This document shows positions 13,075 through 25,689 of a stretch of DNA of 64,000 nt, in pieces. Under the pieces are notes generated by a model. It searched no databases and was not told the DNA's origin. It saw only the letters and a list, made by a program, of their open reading frames with translations. This stretch comes from Mobula hypostoma (lineage: Eukaryota), in NCBI RefSeq assembly GCF_963921235.1, contig NC_086108.1:47494001-47558000 (forward strand), in the 5' to 3' direction. The position numbers and the translations under genes were made by a program. Each line of letters starts with the position of its first letter. Position 1 is the stretch's first letter.

Positions 13075-15320
13075 ATTCTGTAAGATCATGGCTGATCTGA
13101 TTTTAACATAACATTAGAAATAGGAGCAGGAGTAGGCCATCTGGCCCATTGAGCCTGCCCCACCATTCAATAAGATCATGGCTGATCTCTCCATAAACTC
13201 AGCTCCATCTACCTGCCTTTTCCCCATAACCCTTAATTCCCTTACTATGTAAAAACCTATCTAACTGTATCTTACATATATTTAGTGAAGAAGCCTCAAC
13301 TGCTTCCCTGAACAGAGAATTCCACAGATTCACCACTCTCTGGGAAAAACAGTTTCTCCTCATCTCCGTCTTAAATCTTCTCCCCTGAATCTTGAGGCAA
13401 TGTCCCCTAGTTCTAGTCTCACCTACCAATGGAAACAACTTTCCTACTTCTACCTTATCTATCCCTTTGAAAATCTTGTATGTTTCTATAAGATCCCCTC
13501 TCACTCTTCTGAATTCCAGAGAGTATAGTCCCAGACGACTCAATCTCTCCTCATAAATTAACCCCTTTATCCCTGGAATCAACCTGGTGAACCTCCTCTG
13601 CAGTGCCTCCAAAGTCTGGAGACCAGATCTGCACACAATACTCCAGGTGCGGCCTCACCAGTACCCTGTATATTTGCAGCATGACCTCCCTGCTCTTGAA
13701 TTCAATCCCTCCAGCAATGAAGGCCAACATTCTGTTTGCCTTAATAACCTGTTGCACCTGCAAGCCAACGTTTTGCGATTCATGCACAAGCACTCCCAAG
13801 TCCCTCTGCACAACAGCATACTGCAATCTTTCACCATTTAAATAATAATCTGCTCTTCTATTATTCCTTCCAAAGTGGATGATCTCGCATTTACCAACGT
13901 TGTATTCCATCTGCCAGACTTTGGCCCACTCACTCAACCTATCTATATCCCTCTGCAGACTCTCCACATCCTCTGTACAATTTGCTTTTCCACTCAGTTT
14001 AGTGTCATCGGCAAATTTTGCTACGTTACACTCAGTCCCCTCTTCCAAATCATCAACGTAAATGATAAACAGCTGCAGGCCCAGCACCGACCCTGTAGCA
14101 CGCCACTCAACACCGACTGCCAACTGGAGAAACACCCATTTATACCTTCTATTGGTTAACTAATCCACTATCCATGCCAATACACTTCTTCTGTCTCCAT
14201 GCATCTGTATTTTATTTGTAGGTCTCTTGTGCGGCACCTTATTGAACGCCTTTTGGAAATCCAAGTATACGACATCCACCTGTTCCCCTGTATCCACTGC
14301 ATTCATTATGTCCTCAAAGAACTCCAGTTAGTTTGTCAAACAGGACCTGCCCTTTCTGAATCCATGCTGCATCTGTCTAATGGAACCACTCCTTTCTAAA
14401 CGTTTTGCTATTTCTTCCTTACTGACGGCTTCAAGCATTTTCCCGACTACAGATGTTAAGCCAACTGGCCTATAGGTGCCCGTCTTTTGCCTACATCCTT
14501 TTCTAAAAAGTGACGTGACGTTTGCTGTCTTCCAATCTGCTGGGACCTGCCCAGAGTCTAGAGAATTTTGGGGTAAGTGATTACCAACACGTCCACTATA
14601 ACCTCCGCCAATTCCCTCAGCACCTTGGGATGCATCCCATCAGGACCAGGCCACATTAGCCAATTCCTCCCTCCTCCTGTTGTAGTCTCCCTTGTTGAAG
14701 CATAATACACTAGTTTTAGATCTAACTATTTCATCCTCCATCTGTATGCGAAATTCAATCATACTGTGATCACCCTTTCCAAGAGGATCCCTGACTACAA
14801 GATCATTAATCTTACCTGTCACATTGCACAGGACTAGATCTAAGGTGTCATTTTCCCTTGTCGGGTCACTAAAATGCCTCTCAGGAAAGCCATCACGGAT
14901 GCATTCTATGAAGTCCTCCTTCAAACTTCCTTGACCAACCTGATTCACCCAATCTACGTGGAAGTTGAAATCCCCTATGACAACTGCCGTTCCGTTCTTA
15001 CAAGCCTCAGTTATTTCTTGGTTAATCGCCTCTGCCACTGCAATAGTTTTATTAGGTGCCCTATAGACAACTCCTACCAGTGATTTTTTTTCCCCTTTAC
15101 TATTCTTAATCTCTACCCAGATGGACTCAACATTCTGCTCCGTAGATTTTATATCATCTCTCACAATCGTCTTGATCTCATCCTTAATTAAGAGCGCCAC
15201 CTCACCTCCTTTGCCTTCCTGCCTATCTTTCCGTATTACCTGATACCCTTGGATATTTAATTCCCAGTCATCTCCACCTTGCAACCAGTTTTCTGTAATA
15301 GCCACTAAATCATATTTTGT
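13075..15320 (-). mobile_element. CR1 LINE, internally deleted
   Basis: Minus-strand ORFs 14640-15305 (APE), 13551-14135 (RT, KFADDTK) and 13199-13636 (C-terminus), with a CR1 3' tail near 13110. Confidence 0.92.
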
Positions 15321-15889
15321 GCTATCTGTTCCCAGTGCTTCTCATTCCCTTGATCATAACATGAATTAGTTGCTTTCATCAAAGAAAGTGATAACAGCTT
15401 TGACTCAAATTCTCTGATCAAGGTCAATTAGGGCCAGAAAAAGTCCATTTCTCAGGCTTCCAATTTCAGGGTTTCGGAGTAGTGCCAGGCCTAGGTTTTT
15501 CTGACACCCTAGTTTGCTAATACTGAGTCCAACCAAGTTGTCAGTATCTGAGTCTAAAATGGAGTTTTTAGATGGGGACCTACAGCTGAAACCATTCTTG
15601 TCCTTGCCCTACATATCTGAGATTGTCAAGCAGGGACCAGGGAATAAACCTCTTCGTCACTAGTAGACAGTAACTTACCTGGTTGTCATTTGGCTCACAC
15701 AGAAGAGCTCCCTGTGAATTTGATCTGTATTAGAATTAGCATTTCAGCAACCCTGCTCAGTGCAATTATGACACAACCTGCATTGCAGTAGTCATGATTT
15801 TTCAGTACCCTAAGCATAGCTTGTGTTTCTATTTCCAAAGTTGTTGCACCATTTTTTAAGCTCATGTTTGACCAGTGATGGCCACAGCC

Positions 15890-16515
15890 AATCAGAATCA
15901 GGTTTATTAATCGCTGATACACTCAGTGGCCACTTCATTAGGTATCACGGGTTGCAATGAAGGCACGACGGCAGCTTTTATCGTCAGGAGTTTGAGGAGA
16001 TTTGGTATGTCATCAAAGACGCTCGCAAATTTCTACAGATGTATCACAAAGAGCATTTTAACCGGCTGCATCACCGTCTGGGATTGGGGGTGGGACACTG
16101 CACAGCATCGAAGTGAGCTGCAGGAAGTTGTGAACTCAGTTAGCTGGGTACCAGCCTCCTCAGCATCCAGGATATCTTCAAGGAATAATACCTCAGATAG
16201 ATGGCATCCATCAGTAAGGACCCCCATTACCCAGGACATGCTATCAGGGAGGAGGTACAGGAGCCTGAAGGCACACATTCAGTGATTCAGGAATAGCTTC
16301 TTCCCCTCTGCCATCAGATTTCTGAATGGACATTGGACCCAAGAACACTACCTCACTACTTACTTTTTCCCTCTTTTTGCACTATTTATTTAATTTAACT
16401 TTTTAAATATATTTACTTTAATTCAGTTTTTATTATTATGTATTGCAATGTACGGCTGCCACGTAACGACACATTTCACGACATGCTGGTGATATTACAC
16501 CTGATTCTGAGTCTG
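15890..16515 (+). mobile_element. Rex1/Babar-like LINE 3' fragment
   Basis: RSLRRFGMSSKTLANFYRC..SILTGCITVW, ending in cctgattctg. Confidence 0.8.
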
Positions 16516-16552
16516 ATATCTCCTGCACTTTATGAAGTGGCCTCTGAGTGTA

Positions 16553-17020
16553 CATATAACCATATAACAATTACAGCACGGAAACAGGCCACCTTGGCCC
16601 TTCTAGTCCGTGCCGAACTCTTACTCTCACCTAGTCCCACCGACCTGCACTCAGCCCATAACCCTCCATTCCTTTCCTGTCCATATAGCTGTCCAATTTT
16701 ACTTTAAATGACAATATCGAACCTGCCTCTACCACTTCTGCTGGAAGTTCGTTCCACACAGCTACCATTCTCTGAGTAAAGAAGTTCCCCCTCATGTTAC
16801 CCCTAAACTTTTGCCCCCTAACTCTCAACTCATGTCCTCTTGTTTGAATCTCCCCTACTGTCAATGGAAAAAGCCTATCCACGTCAACTCTATCTATCCC
16901 CCTCATAATTTCAATTACCTCTATTAAGCCCACCCTCGCCCTTCTACGCTGCAAAGAATAAAGACCCAACTTGTTCAACCTTTCTCTGTAACTTAGGTGC
17001 TGAAACCCAGCTAACATTCT
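16553..17020 (-). mobile_element. CR1 LINE 3' fragment
   Basis: LSYRERLNKLGLYSL...TRGH...NFFTQRMVAVWNELP. Confidence 0.88.
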
Positions 17021-17339
17021 AACATGTCATGAACTTTGCTGTTTGGCTGTGGTACAGTTCAAGACATAAAAAAAAGTTACTGTAACTTAGAATAAAACAA
17101 AATGAATAAGGCAAAATAAGTGAGGCAGTGTTCTTGGGTTCATGGAACATTCAGAAATCTGGTGGTGGATGGGAAGAAGCTGCTCCTAAACAGTACAGTG
17201 TGGATCTTCAGGCTCCTGTACCACCTCCTTGATGGTTGTAATGAGAAGAGGATATGTCCTACATGGTAAGGGCCATTAATGATGGATGCTGCCTTCCGAG
17301 ACACCACCTTTTAAAGTCGGTGCGGAGGTTTGTACCCTT

Positions 17340-20300
17340 TTTCTTTCTTTCTTTTTAAATCTTTTTATTGAGTAAGTATACAAAAAAGGTAAGCCATATA
17401 AACATTAATACAATGTTAAAGTATAATAAAATTCCAAAAGATAACAATACCAAAAAGAAAATACTACAAACAATGTAATTTAAGCATAAGAAACCAAGAT
17501 AACATAATAGTATACTAAATTTTATATATATCAATGGAAAAAAAAAGAAAAAAAAACCCCAAAAAAAAAACCCACCGTGCAACTAACTAAAAGCAAAGCA
17601 AAGCAATGGGCTAACTTGAAACCAAACAGAGTTAAACTTAAAATCACGTCCTCAATCCCGACCTCCATTAAAACAGTGAAGAAAAAACAAGAAGGGTAAA
17701 TATTACATTAAATGAAAATATCGAATAAAAGGTCCCCAAATCTGTTCAAATTTAAATGAAGAATCATAAAGGTTACTTCTAATTTTCTCCAGATTCAAAC
17801 ATAAAATCGTCTGAGAAAACCAAAAAAAGGTAGTTGGAGCATTAAGCTCTTTCCAATGTTGTAAAATACATCTTTTCGCCATTAAAGTAAGAAATGCAAT
17901 CATTCTACGGGCTGAAGGGGAAAGATTACTAGAAATTTTAGGTAGTCCAAAGATAGCAGTAATAGGGTGAGGAGAGATATCTATATTTAATACCTTAGAA
18001 ATAATATTGAAAATATCTCTCCAAAAAGTTTCCAAAGTAGGGCAAGACCAAAACATATGAGTTAAAGAGGCTATCTGCCCCGAACATCTATCACAGAAAG
18101 GATTAATATGCGAGTAAAAACGCGCTAACTTATCTTTGGACATATGTGCTCTATGAACCACTTTAAATTGAATTAGGGAATGTTTAGCACAAATAGAGGA
18201 AGTATTAACTAATTGTAAAATCTGCCCCCAATCATCCACAGAAATGGTAAGCCCCAATTCCTGTTCCCAATCTACCCTAATCTTATCAAATGGAGCTTTC
18301 CTAAGTTTCATAATAATATTATAAATCATAGCCGATGCACCTTTCTGACATGGATTAAGGTTAATTATCGAATCTAAAATATATATAGGAGGAAGCATTG
18401 GAAAGGAAGTAAGTATAGTACTTAGGAAATTTCTAACTTGTAAATATCTAAAAAAATGTATTCTTGATAAGTTATATTTATTAGATAATTGTTCAAAAGA
18501 CATAAGGGAACCATCTAAAAATAAATCCAAAAACCGTAAAATACCCTTAGTCTTCCAAGTTTGAAAAGCGCGATCCGTAAAAGAGGGAGGAAAAAATATG
18601 TTACCTAAAATAGGAATCGCTAACCCGAATTGATTAAGATCAAAAAATTTTCTGAATTGAAACCAAATGCGCAAAGCATATTTAACTATCGGGTTAGAGA
18701 CCTGCTTAAGACGTTTCGAATCAAAAGGAAGAGAGGAACCTAAAATAGAACCAAGTGTATAACCCTGAACAGATTGTAATTCCAATGCTACCCATTTAGG
18801 AATAAATAGTATGTCCCGGTCAAGTAACCAAAATTTCATATGTCGAATATTAATAGCCCAATAATAAAATCTAAAGTTAGGTAATGCTAAACCTCCATCT
18901 CTCTTAGCTTTCTGTAAATGTATTTTACCCAGTCTCGGATTCTTGTTCTGCCAAATAAATGAAGAAATTTTAGAGTCAACTTTATCAAAAAAAGATTTAG
19001 GAACGAAAATTGGTAATGCCTGAAACACATATAAAAATTTTGGCAAAAAAAACATCTTAACTGCATTAATACGACCAATCAAAGTTAAATATAAGGGAAA
19101 CCATTTAGATGAAAGTTGAGTAATATGGTCTATTAATGGTAAAAAGTTAGTCTTAAATAAATCTTTATGTTTACAAGTAATTTTAATCCCAAGATATGAA
19201 AAGTAATTATTAATCAATTTAAATGGAAATTTATAATATAAGGGAAGATGTTTATTAATCGGAAAAAGTTCACTCTTACTAAGATTTAATTTATAACCTG
19301 AGAAAAGACCAAATTGTGCTAATAACTCTAAAACAGCAGGAATGGATCTCTCAGGATTAGAAATATATAAAAGTAAATCATCAGCATAGAGTGATAATTT
19401 ATGGGACTTTAATCCCTGAGTTATCCCAGTAATATTTAAAGATTCTCGAATAGCAATTGCAAGAGGTTCTAATGCAATATCAAATAATAGGGGACTAAGA
19501 GGACAGCCTTGTCGAGTACCACGAAAGAGAGGAAAAAAAGGTGAGTTTAAGGAGTTAGTACGAACCGAGGCTACAGGGGAGTAATATAACAGTTTAATCC
19601 AGGATATAAATTTCAAGCTAAAATTAAACATTTCAAGCACCTTAAATAAATAAGGCCATTCTACTCTATCAAAAGCTTTCTCGGCATCTAAAGAAATAAC
19701 ACACTCAGGAACATTTTGTGAGGGAGTATAAACGATATTTAACAATGTACGAATATTATAAAAAGAGTAACGACCTTTAATAAAACCCGTTTGGTCTTCC
19801 GAAATAATAGAAGGAAGTACTTTTTCTAGTCTATTTGCTAATAACTTAGAAAAAACTTTAGAATCAACATTTAATAAAGATATTGGTCTATAAGATGCAC
19901 ATTGAGCAGGGTCTTTATCCTTCTTTAGTATTAAAGAAATTGATGCTCTATTAAAAGATTCCGGAAGTTTACCAAGTTTCAAAGAAGCCTCAAAAACCTT
20001 ATAGAGCCAAGGAATCAATAAAGAAGCAAAACATTTATAAAATTCAACGGTAAACCCATCAGGGCCAGGAGCTTTCCCCAGATTCATAGAAAAAATAACA
20101 TTCTTAATCTCATCCATTGTAATGGAAGTATCTAATAAAGAAGACATATCCTGTGAAATCAGAGGGAAGTCTAACTTATCTAAAAAATCATTCATATATT
20201 TAGAATCTCGAGGAGACTCTGATTGGTATAAAGAAGAATAAAAATCACAAAAGGTTTGATTAATCCCCACATGATCCAATATCAATCGATCATTTTGGTT

Positions 20301-21425
20301 ATAAATCTGATTGATTTGAGATTTAACATAATTAGATTTCAATTGATTAGCCAGCAGCTTGCCAATTTTATCACTGTGAACATAAAAATCACTTCTTGTT
20401 TTCTTTAATTGGTTTACAATCGAGGACGAGAGTAGTAAACTGTGTTCCATTTGAAGTTCAGTTCTTTGTTTGTATAGCTCCTCAGAAGGAGCCATAACAT
20501 ATTTCTTATCAATTTCTTTAATCTTGTCCACAATTACCATCTCCTCCTGCTTCTGTTTCTTCCTCAAAGCAACGGAATACGAAATAATCTGACCCCGAAT
20601 ATAGGCTTTAAAAGTGTCCCAAAGAGTGTTAACCGAAATATCTTCTGTATGGTTAATTGTAAAAAAAAGCTCAATCTGTTCATTCATAAAATTAACAAAG
20701 TCCGAGTCCTGAAGCAACAGCGAATTAAAACGCCATTGTCTATTGTTTGGTATATTGGCCATAATTTTAATAGAAAGCTTAAGTGGAGCATGATCCGAAA
20801 TGGTTATAGAATCATAATCACATTTAATCACTGAAGGAATGAGACGAGAATCAATGAAAAAATAATCAATTCTTGAATAGGAATGATGAACATGTGAAAA
20901 GAAGGAAAAATCTTTTTCCTGAGGATGCAGAAAACGCCAAATGTCCGTCGACCCAGAATCAGAAAGGAAAAAATTAATCAAATTTGCAGATTTATTAGGT
21001 AAAGTCCGTAAAGGAGCCGAACGGTCCAAAGCTGGAGATAAACAGGTATTAAGATCTCCGCCCCAAATCAATGAAAACTCGTTCAAATTCGGAAACTGAT
21101 CAAACAATGATTTATAAAATTCCGGACAATCCATATTAGGAGCATAAACATTAACCAAAACTACTTTTTTATTAAATAATAAACCACTAACCAATAAAAA
21201 TCTACCATTCGGATCAGAGATAATATCCTGTTGTATAAAAGTAACTGAGGAGTCTATAAAAATAGAGACGCCTCGAATCTTAGCATTGGAGTTCGAATGA
21301 AATTGTTGTCCCTTCCAAAATTTGAAAAAACGTAGTCTGTCCCCCCTCCGTACATGGGTCTCTTGTAAAAATAAAATTTGTGCTTTAAGTCTCCGGAACA
21401 CTTTAAAAACTTTTTTCCTTTTAAT
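17340..21425 (-). mobile_element. L1-clade LINE, 5'-truncated and very young, within an RNF2 intron (antisense)
   Basis: Perfect 14-bp TSD AGGTTTGTACCCTT at 17326-17339 and 21426-21439. 3' AATAAA plus an A/GAAA tail at about 17340-17370. The target reads TT/AAGG on the element strand. Confidence 0.95.
17703..21425 (-). CDS. L1 ORF2 (APE endonuclease, reverse transcriptase, C-terminal CCHC), open but missing its N-terminus
   Basis: Uninterrupted frame of more than 1230 codons with motifs LQETH, NVYAP, GGDLN, SRIDY, SDH (APE); KAPGPDG, YRPISLLN, LDAEKAFD, RQGCPLSP, LYADD (RT); CDRC...HMFWSC. Starts at IKRKKVFK directly after the TSD, with no ATG or WN motif. Confidence 0.93.
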   Translation of the reverse strand: MKRKKVFKVFRRLKAQILFLQETHVRRGDRLRFFKFWKGQQFHSNSNAKIRGVSIFIDSSVTFIQQDIISDPNGRFLLVSGLLFNKKVVLVNVYAPNMDCPEFYKSLFDQFPNLNEFSLIWGGDLNTCLSPALDRSAPLRTLPNKSANLINFFLSDSGSTDIWRFLHPQEKDFSFFSHVHHSYSRIDYFFIDSRLIPSVIKCDYDSITISDHAPLKLSIKIMANIPNNRQWRFNSLLLQDSDFVNFMNEQIELFFTINHTEDISVNTLWDTFKAYIRGQIISYSVALRKKQKQEEMVIVDKIKEIDKKYVMAPSEELYKQRTELQMEHSLLLSSSIVNQLKKTRSDFYVHSDKIGKLLANQLKSNYVKSQINQIYNQNDRLILDHVGINQTFCDFYSSLYQSESPRDSKYMNDFLDKLDFPLISQDMSSLLDTSITMDEIKNVIFSMNLGKAPGPDGFTVEFYKCFASLLIPWLYKVFEASLKLGKLPESFNRASISLILKKDKDPAQCASYRPISLLNVDSKVFSKLLANRLEKVLPSIISEDQTGFIKGRYSFYNIRTLLNIVYTPSQNVPECVISLDAEKAFDRVEWPYLFKVLEMFNFSLKFISWIKLLYYSPVASVRTNSLNSPFFPLFRGTRQGCPLSPLLFDIALEPLAIAIRESLNITGITQGLKSHKLSLYADDLLLYISNPERSIPAVLELLAQFGLFSGYKLNLSKSELFPINKHLPLYYKFPFKLINNYFSYLGIKITCKHKDLFKTNFLPLIDHITQLSSKWFPLYLTLIGRINAVKMFFLPKFLYVFQALPIFVPKSFFDKVDSKISSFIWQNKNPRLGKIHLQKAKRDGGLALPNFRFYYWAINIRHMKFWLLDRDILFIPKWVALELQSVQGYTLGSILGSSLPFDSKRLKQVSNPIVKYALRIWFQFRKFFDLNQFGLAIPILGNIFFPPSFTDRAFQTWKTKGILRFLDLFLDGSLMSFEQLSNKYNLSRIHFFRYLQVRNFLSTILTSFPMLPPIYILDSIINLNPCQKGASAMIYNIIMKLRKAPFDKIRVDWEQELGLTISVDDWGQILQLVNTSSICAKHSLIQFKVVHRAHMSKDKLARFYSHINPFCDRCSGQIASLTHMFWSCPTLETFWRDIFNIISKVLNIDISPHPITAIFGLPKISSNLSPSARRMIAFLTLMAKRCILQHWKELNAPTTFFWFSQTILCLNLEKIRSNLYDSSFKFEQIWGPFIRYFHLM

Positions 21426-22795
21426 AGGTTTGTACCCTTAATGCTGAGTCTACAACTGTCTGCAGCCTCTTGCACATCCTTGCATTGGAACATCAAATCA
21501 TTTAGAATGCTCTCCAGAGTACATTTGCTAGAGTATTTGGTAACATAAGTCTCTTCAAACTCCTAATGAAGTGTAGCTGCTTGTGCCCCTCTTTGGTGAT
21601 TGCATCAATATGTTAGGCCCTGAATATATCCTCTGAGATGATTGTGTGCAGAAACTTGAAGCTGCTCGCTCTTTCCAATGGTTGACCCCTCACTGAGGAC
21701 TGGTGTGTTCTCCTGACTTCCCGTTCCCGAAGTCCACAATCAGTTCCTTGGTCTTGCTGACATTGAGTGCAACGTTGTTGTTGTGACACCACTCAACCAG
21801 CTGATCTCTCTCACTCCTGTCTGCCTCCCTGTCACCATCTGAGATTTTGCCAACAGCAGTGGTGTCATCAGCGAATTTATAGATGGCATTTGAGCTGTGT
21901 CGAGCCACGCAAAGGGTGTAGAAAGTAGAGCAACTTGCTAAGCGTGCGTCATTGAGTTGAGTCTGTGTTGATTGTCTGCGAGGAGATGTTACTACTAATC
22001 TGCACTGACTGTGATCTCCTGATCTGGAAGTCAGGGATCCAGTTGCAAAGGGAAGTACAGAGGTCCAGGTCTTGAAGCTTGTTGATTAACACTGAGGGGC
22101 TGACGGGTGTTGATCGCTGTACTGTAACCAATGGACAGCAGCCCGATGTGGGTATTGCTGTTGTCTAGGTGGTCCAAGGCTGGGCGGAGAGTGAGGGAGA
22201 TTGCGTCCGCTGTGGACCTGTTGTGGTGGTAGGCAAACTGCAGCGGGTTCAGGACCTGCTGTAGGAGTTAATTCTAGCCATAATCAACCTCGCAAAGTAC
22301 TTCCATCACAGTAGAAGTGAGTGCTGTCAGGCGATAGTCACAGAGGCAGCTCGTTCTGCTCAGGTTTTTCAGTACCTGCCAGGTACACCATCAGAGCCTG
22401 AGGACTTGTAAGGGTTTGCCCTCTTGGAGGAAGTTCTGAATTCTTCCTGTGAGACAACGATCACAGGACCACCGGGTGCTATGGAGATTTGCACAGTTGT
22501 AGTTTTACTCTCCGTTTCAAACAGCACATAAAAGGTGTTGAGCTTATCGGGGAGTGAAGTGTTGCAGCCAGTTAGGTTTTGCCTTGTAGGAAGTAGTGCC
22601 TGCAAACCCTGCCACAACTGTCATGCATCAGATTGTCACCTGCCCTCAATGTTGCCGAGACTAGGCACTCTGGTTGAAATGTAAGGTAGTGGAACCAGTG
22701 TTACAGTTAGCTTTCATAACTAACATTTGGAATTTGAGGTAGTGAGGGTGCACATTTCATTTCTCCTATTTTTTTTCTTTGTTTGGTTTAAAAAG

Positions 22796-22967
22796 GTACA
22801 TAAAGACAACAGGAAATGCTACAGTTGACCACCTGTCCAAGTATCTGGCAATGAGATTAGCCTTGGAAGAGCTCAGGAAAAATGAAGAAGCAAACCCAAT
22901 GAATGTGGAGACTGTCAGTGAGAAGCAGTACACCATATACATTGCAACGGTGAATGGCCAGTTCACT
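22796..22967 (+). CDS. RNF2: RNF2 internal coding exon (RAWUL domain)
   Basis: Long pyrimidine tract with AG acceptor, ACT|GTAAGT donor; 172 nt, phase 2/0. Translates [57 protein letters not shown]. Confidence 0.97.
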
Positions 22968-23914
22968 GTAAGTATCTGACCTGCTTTTCAACAGTGGGTC
23001 ACCTGCAGTTTATTTCAGATCAATGGAAAATCTCACTTATTATAAAATCTGGGGAGAGTTTGTTGTCATTGGAAGGATAAAAACAGAAAATGCTGGAAAT
23101 ACTCAGAAGGTCACTCTCCATCTGTGGGAAGAGGAAACAGTTAATGTTTTGGGTGAAAGACCCTTTGTCAGAACTGGGAAGGAGAGTAAAGAATCTCGTG
23201 GGGCTGCAGAGAGGGCGGGATATCTCTGATCAAGTTAAATTCATGTGGCTGAGGGATAAACAGGGTTACCTGTGCAAGAGGCAAAGGGGTGCAGATGGAG
23301 AACATAGACAAAAAAATGTGGGAGTTGTGAAGTTCATTACAGGAAGACATGCATGAAACAAATACGCTGAGCCAATATCACAGATGGATGATTGAAATTT
23401 CATATGCTTGATTTTAGTTTTCAAGAAAAGATAAACTTTCAAATATAAATTACAAATAACACCTGATGGTTGCAATTCCATTAAGTGACATCACAATTGA
23501 CAGTAATTGCTGATGATTTTGAGGCCTGAAAAATAAGTTACTGTTCTGTGCAACTTCCAACTCTTAAGATATTTCCATTTCCATTTGGCTTGGATTTAGA
23601 ATGTGTCCCTGATAATACCCTGTTGTAGAAGAGTTGGAGAGGGGAGCAGGTGAGAAGGAATAAGGTGATACGTACCTATCACCATTACTAATTTTGCTTG
23701 AGGTTTTCTATCCTTTGTTGTACAATGCTTGAAAAAACATGGCAGTGCAGTCATTTCCTCATCCCCTGTAGTCTGAGAACAACTGCACTATTGGGCACTT
23801 CCTAAACAATCGTTAACCTTAAATTCATTCCACTTGATTTCTAACCACCTTGCACCTCTTGGAGAAGAACAGGGAGAAGCTGAAAACCTGGTTTTAGTAG
23901 AGGAAGACAAGACA

Positions 23915-24246
23915 TGACATGAGGAGGGGTGAGTCCAGGACAAGAGGCCATAGTCTTAGAATTAGAGGGTACCCAGTTAAAACAGAGATGAGGAGAAATT
24001 TTTTTTAGCCAGAGGGTCGTGGATTTGTGGAATTTGTTGCCACATACGGCTGTGGAGGCCCGATCATTGAGGATGTTTAAGGAGGAGATTGACAGGTATC
24101 TAATTAGTCAGGGTATCAAGGGATATGGGGAAAAAGCCGGAAATTGGAACTAGATCGGTGAATAGTTTAGCTCAGGGGGGAGCTGTGGAGCAGACTCGAT
24201 GGGCCGAATGGCCTACTTCTGCTCCTTTGTCTTGTGAACTTGTGAA
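23915..24246 (+). mobile_element. CR1 LINE 3' end
   Basis: gagatgaggagaaattttttt agccagagggt...gatgggccgaatggcctacttctgctcct, with a (cttgtgaa)2 tail. Confidence 0.85.
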
Positions 24247-25689
24247 ATCTTTTGGGGAGCTTTGTTGGTGGAGTGCGAGCGGTGGTGCTTATGGAGTGGA
24301 GAACGAGAGGTAGGCTGGTGTTCCAGGAGCAATAGTCAACACGGATGTTGTCAGCCAAAGATCATGTTTTATGTCTTATGACTGTGAGCTGGAAGGATAC
24401 AGCAATGCATGGCTGGGGAAGATATTGCTGTTAGAAATGGATGTGAGAAGTTTAGAAGTTGCAGGGTTTGAAAGTGAACACAGATATTAAAATTTCAGAT
24501 TGGTGATTGGAACTAGGATGAAGGTGGGAGAGAAAGTGAACAGAAACATTCTGAAAGGAGAGTGAAAGCAGGTGACAAGTACGACATTGGAGAATCCCAG
24601 TCTTCAAGTGAATAGATGTGAGTTTACAATTTCATAGGCAGAGAGGGAAAGAATGTACTGTCAGATAATTTAGGAGGTAAAAGAAAAAGTTGTTTTTTCA
24701 TAAATCCAGTGTGGAAAACAATACTAATCCCAGTTATGAATCATGCCAAGAATAGTTACTGCTAGGCAAAACCCTAAGTGGATGTGAAAGTTGGAAAAGG
24801 TTAGTGAAAATAGAAACTTTATTGCTGGGTCAAAAGTCTAGTCATATGCCATTATTGTAAGTCTCATAAAGGTGGTCTGGTCTTTGACATAAACATGCCA
24901 GAGAAAACATGGAAGTATTGCTTTAACTGAGATGAGAATGGAGAATTGCAAGCTAATATCAGAAATTGCTCATAGTCACAGCTAAGAAGGCCCAGTTACC
25001 CTGATGGTAACATATCATGGGACTAGTTTCTTTGAACAGTGTCACATCCACTGAATACCTGTTTTATAACAGCTAACTGATGGTGTCCTGGCTGACAAAT
25101 CAAGTAGCTGGGATTTACTTTTCTGACCCCACTAGCTGCAGTTTCTTCATTTTTATAGGTATTTGAGCCATACTGTAACAGTAAGTCAGTCGATCAGATT
25201 TAAAGCCACATTATAAGGTCAACCACTTCCTTAAATGTTTTGCCTTGCTTTTCCTCGCAGAAATTGGAAGTAAGCCTGTAAGGTGATTCTAGGAGGTCTG
25301 AGGAAACACTGCAACCAGTGATCATTGTTGGAAGCGTATGGTAAAGTGTTATGTCAGCTTGAATGTAGGGGAGGAGATAGGAAAGACACTAATCGTTATA
25401 CTGTAGTTGAAGACTGGGAATTTGTATCATAGCAATAGAGGATAGTAACTTGTTGCCATTCACTTCAAGAAAGGAAAAAAAATTAAAAGAAATTCAGGTT
25501 GTGTTAAAAAGTCATTTGAGATTAAATTTTCAAGATCTGTACAATGGGACGTAATTAATGGCTACCAAAACCAAGACATGGGATCGTCTGAGGCAAAAAA
25601 AAACATTAGTGAGCCCATACTGTTGATTTAATACAGATTAAAGATTCCTCTGAGGCCTCTTAACACTACAGACCTAGAATCTGAATAAA

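Larger units (their letters stand above)
17021..22640 (-). mobile_element. Older Rex1/Babar-like LINE split by the L1 insertion (pieces about 17021-17339 and about 21426-22640)
   Basis: The sequence is colinear across the L1 TSD. RT motifs IYKFADDTT, LNVSKTKELIVDF and SLCNWI occur in 21690-22130. Confidence 0.85.

Noticed and set aside
17703..21401. The 1232-aa ORF as a host gene, domesticated RT or autonomous L1
   Set aside because: It has a TSD and tail, no ORF1 or promoter, and a truncated endonuclease. The listed start is a GTG inside the APE domain.
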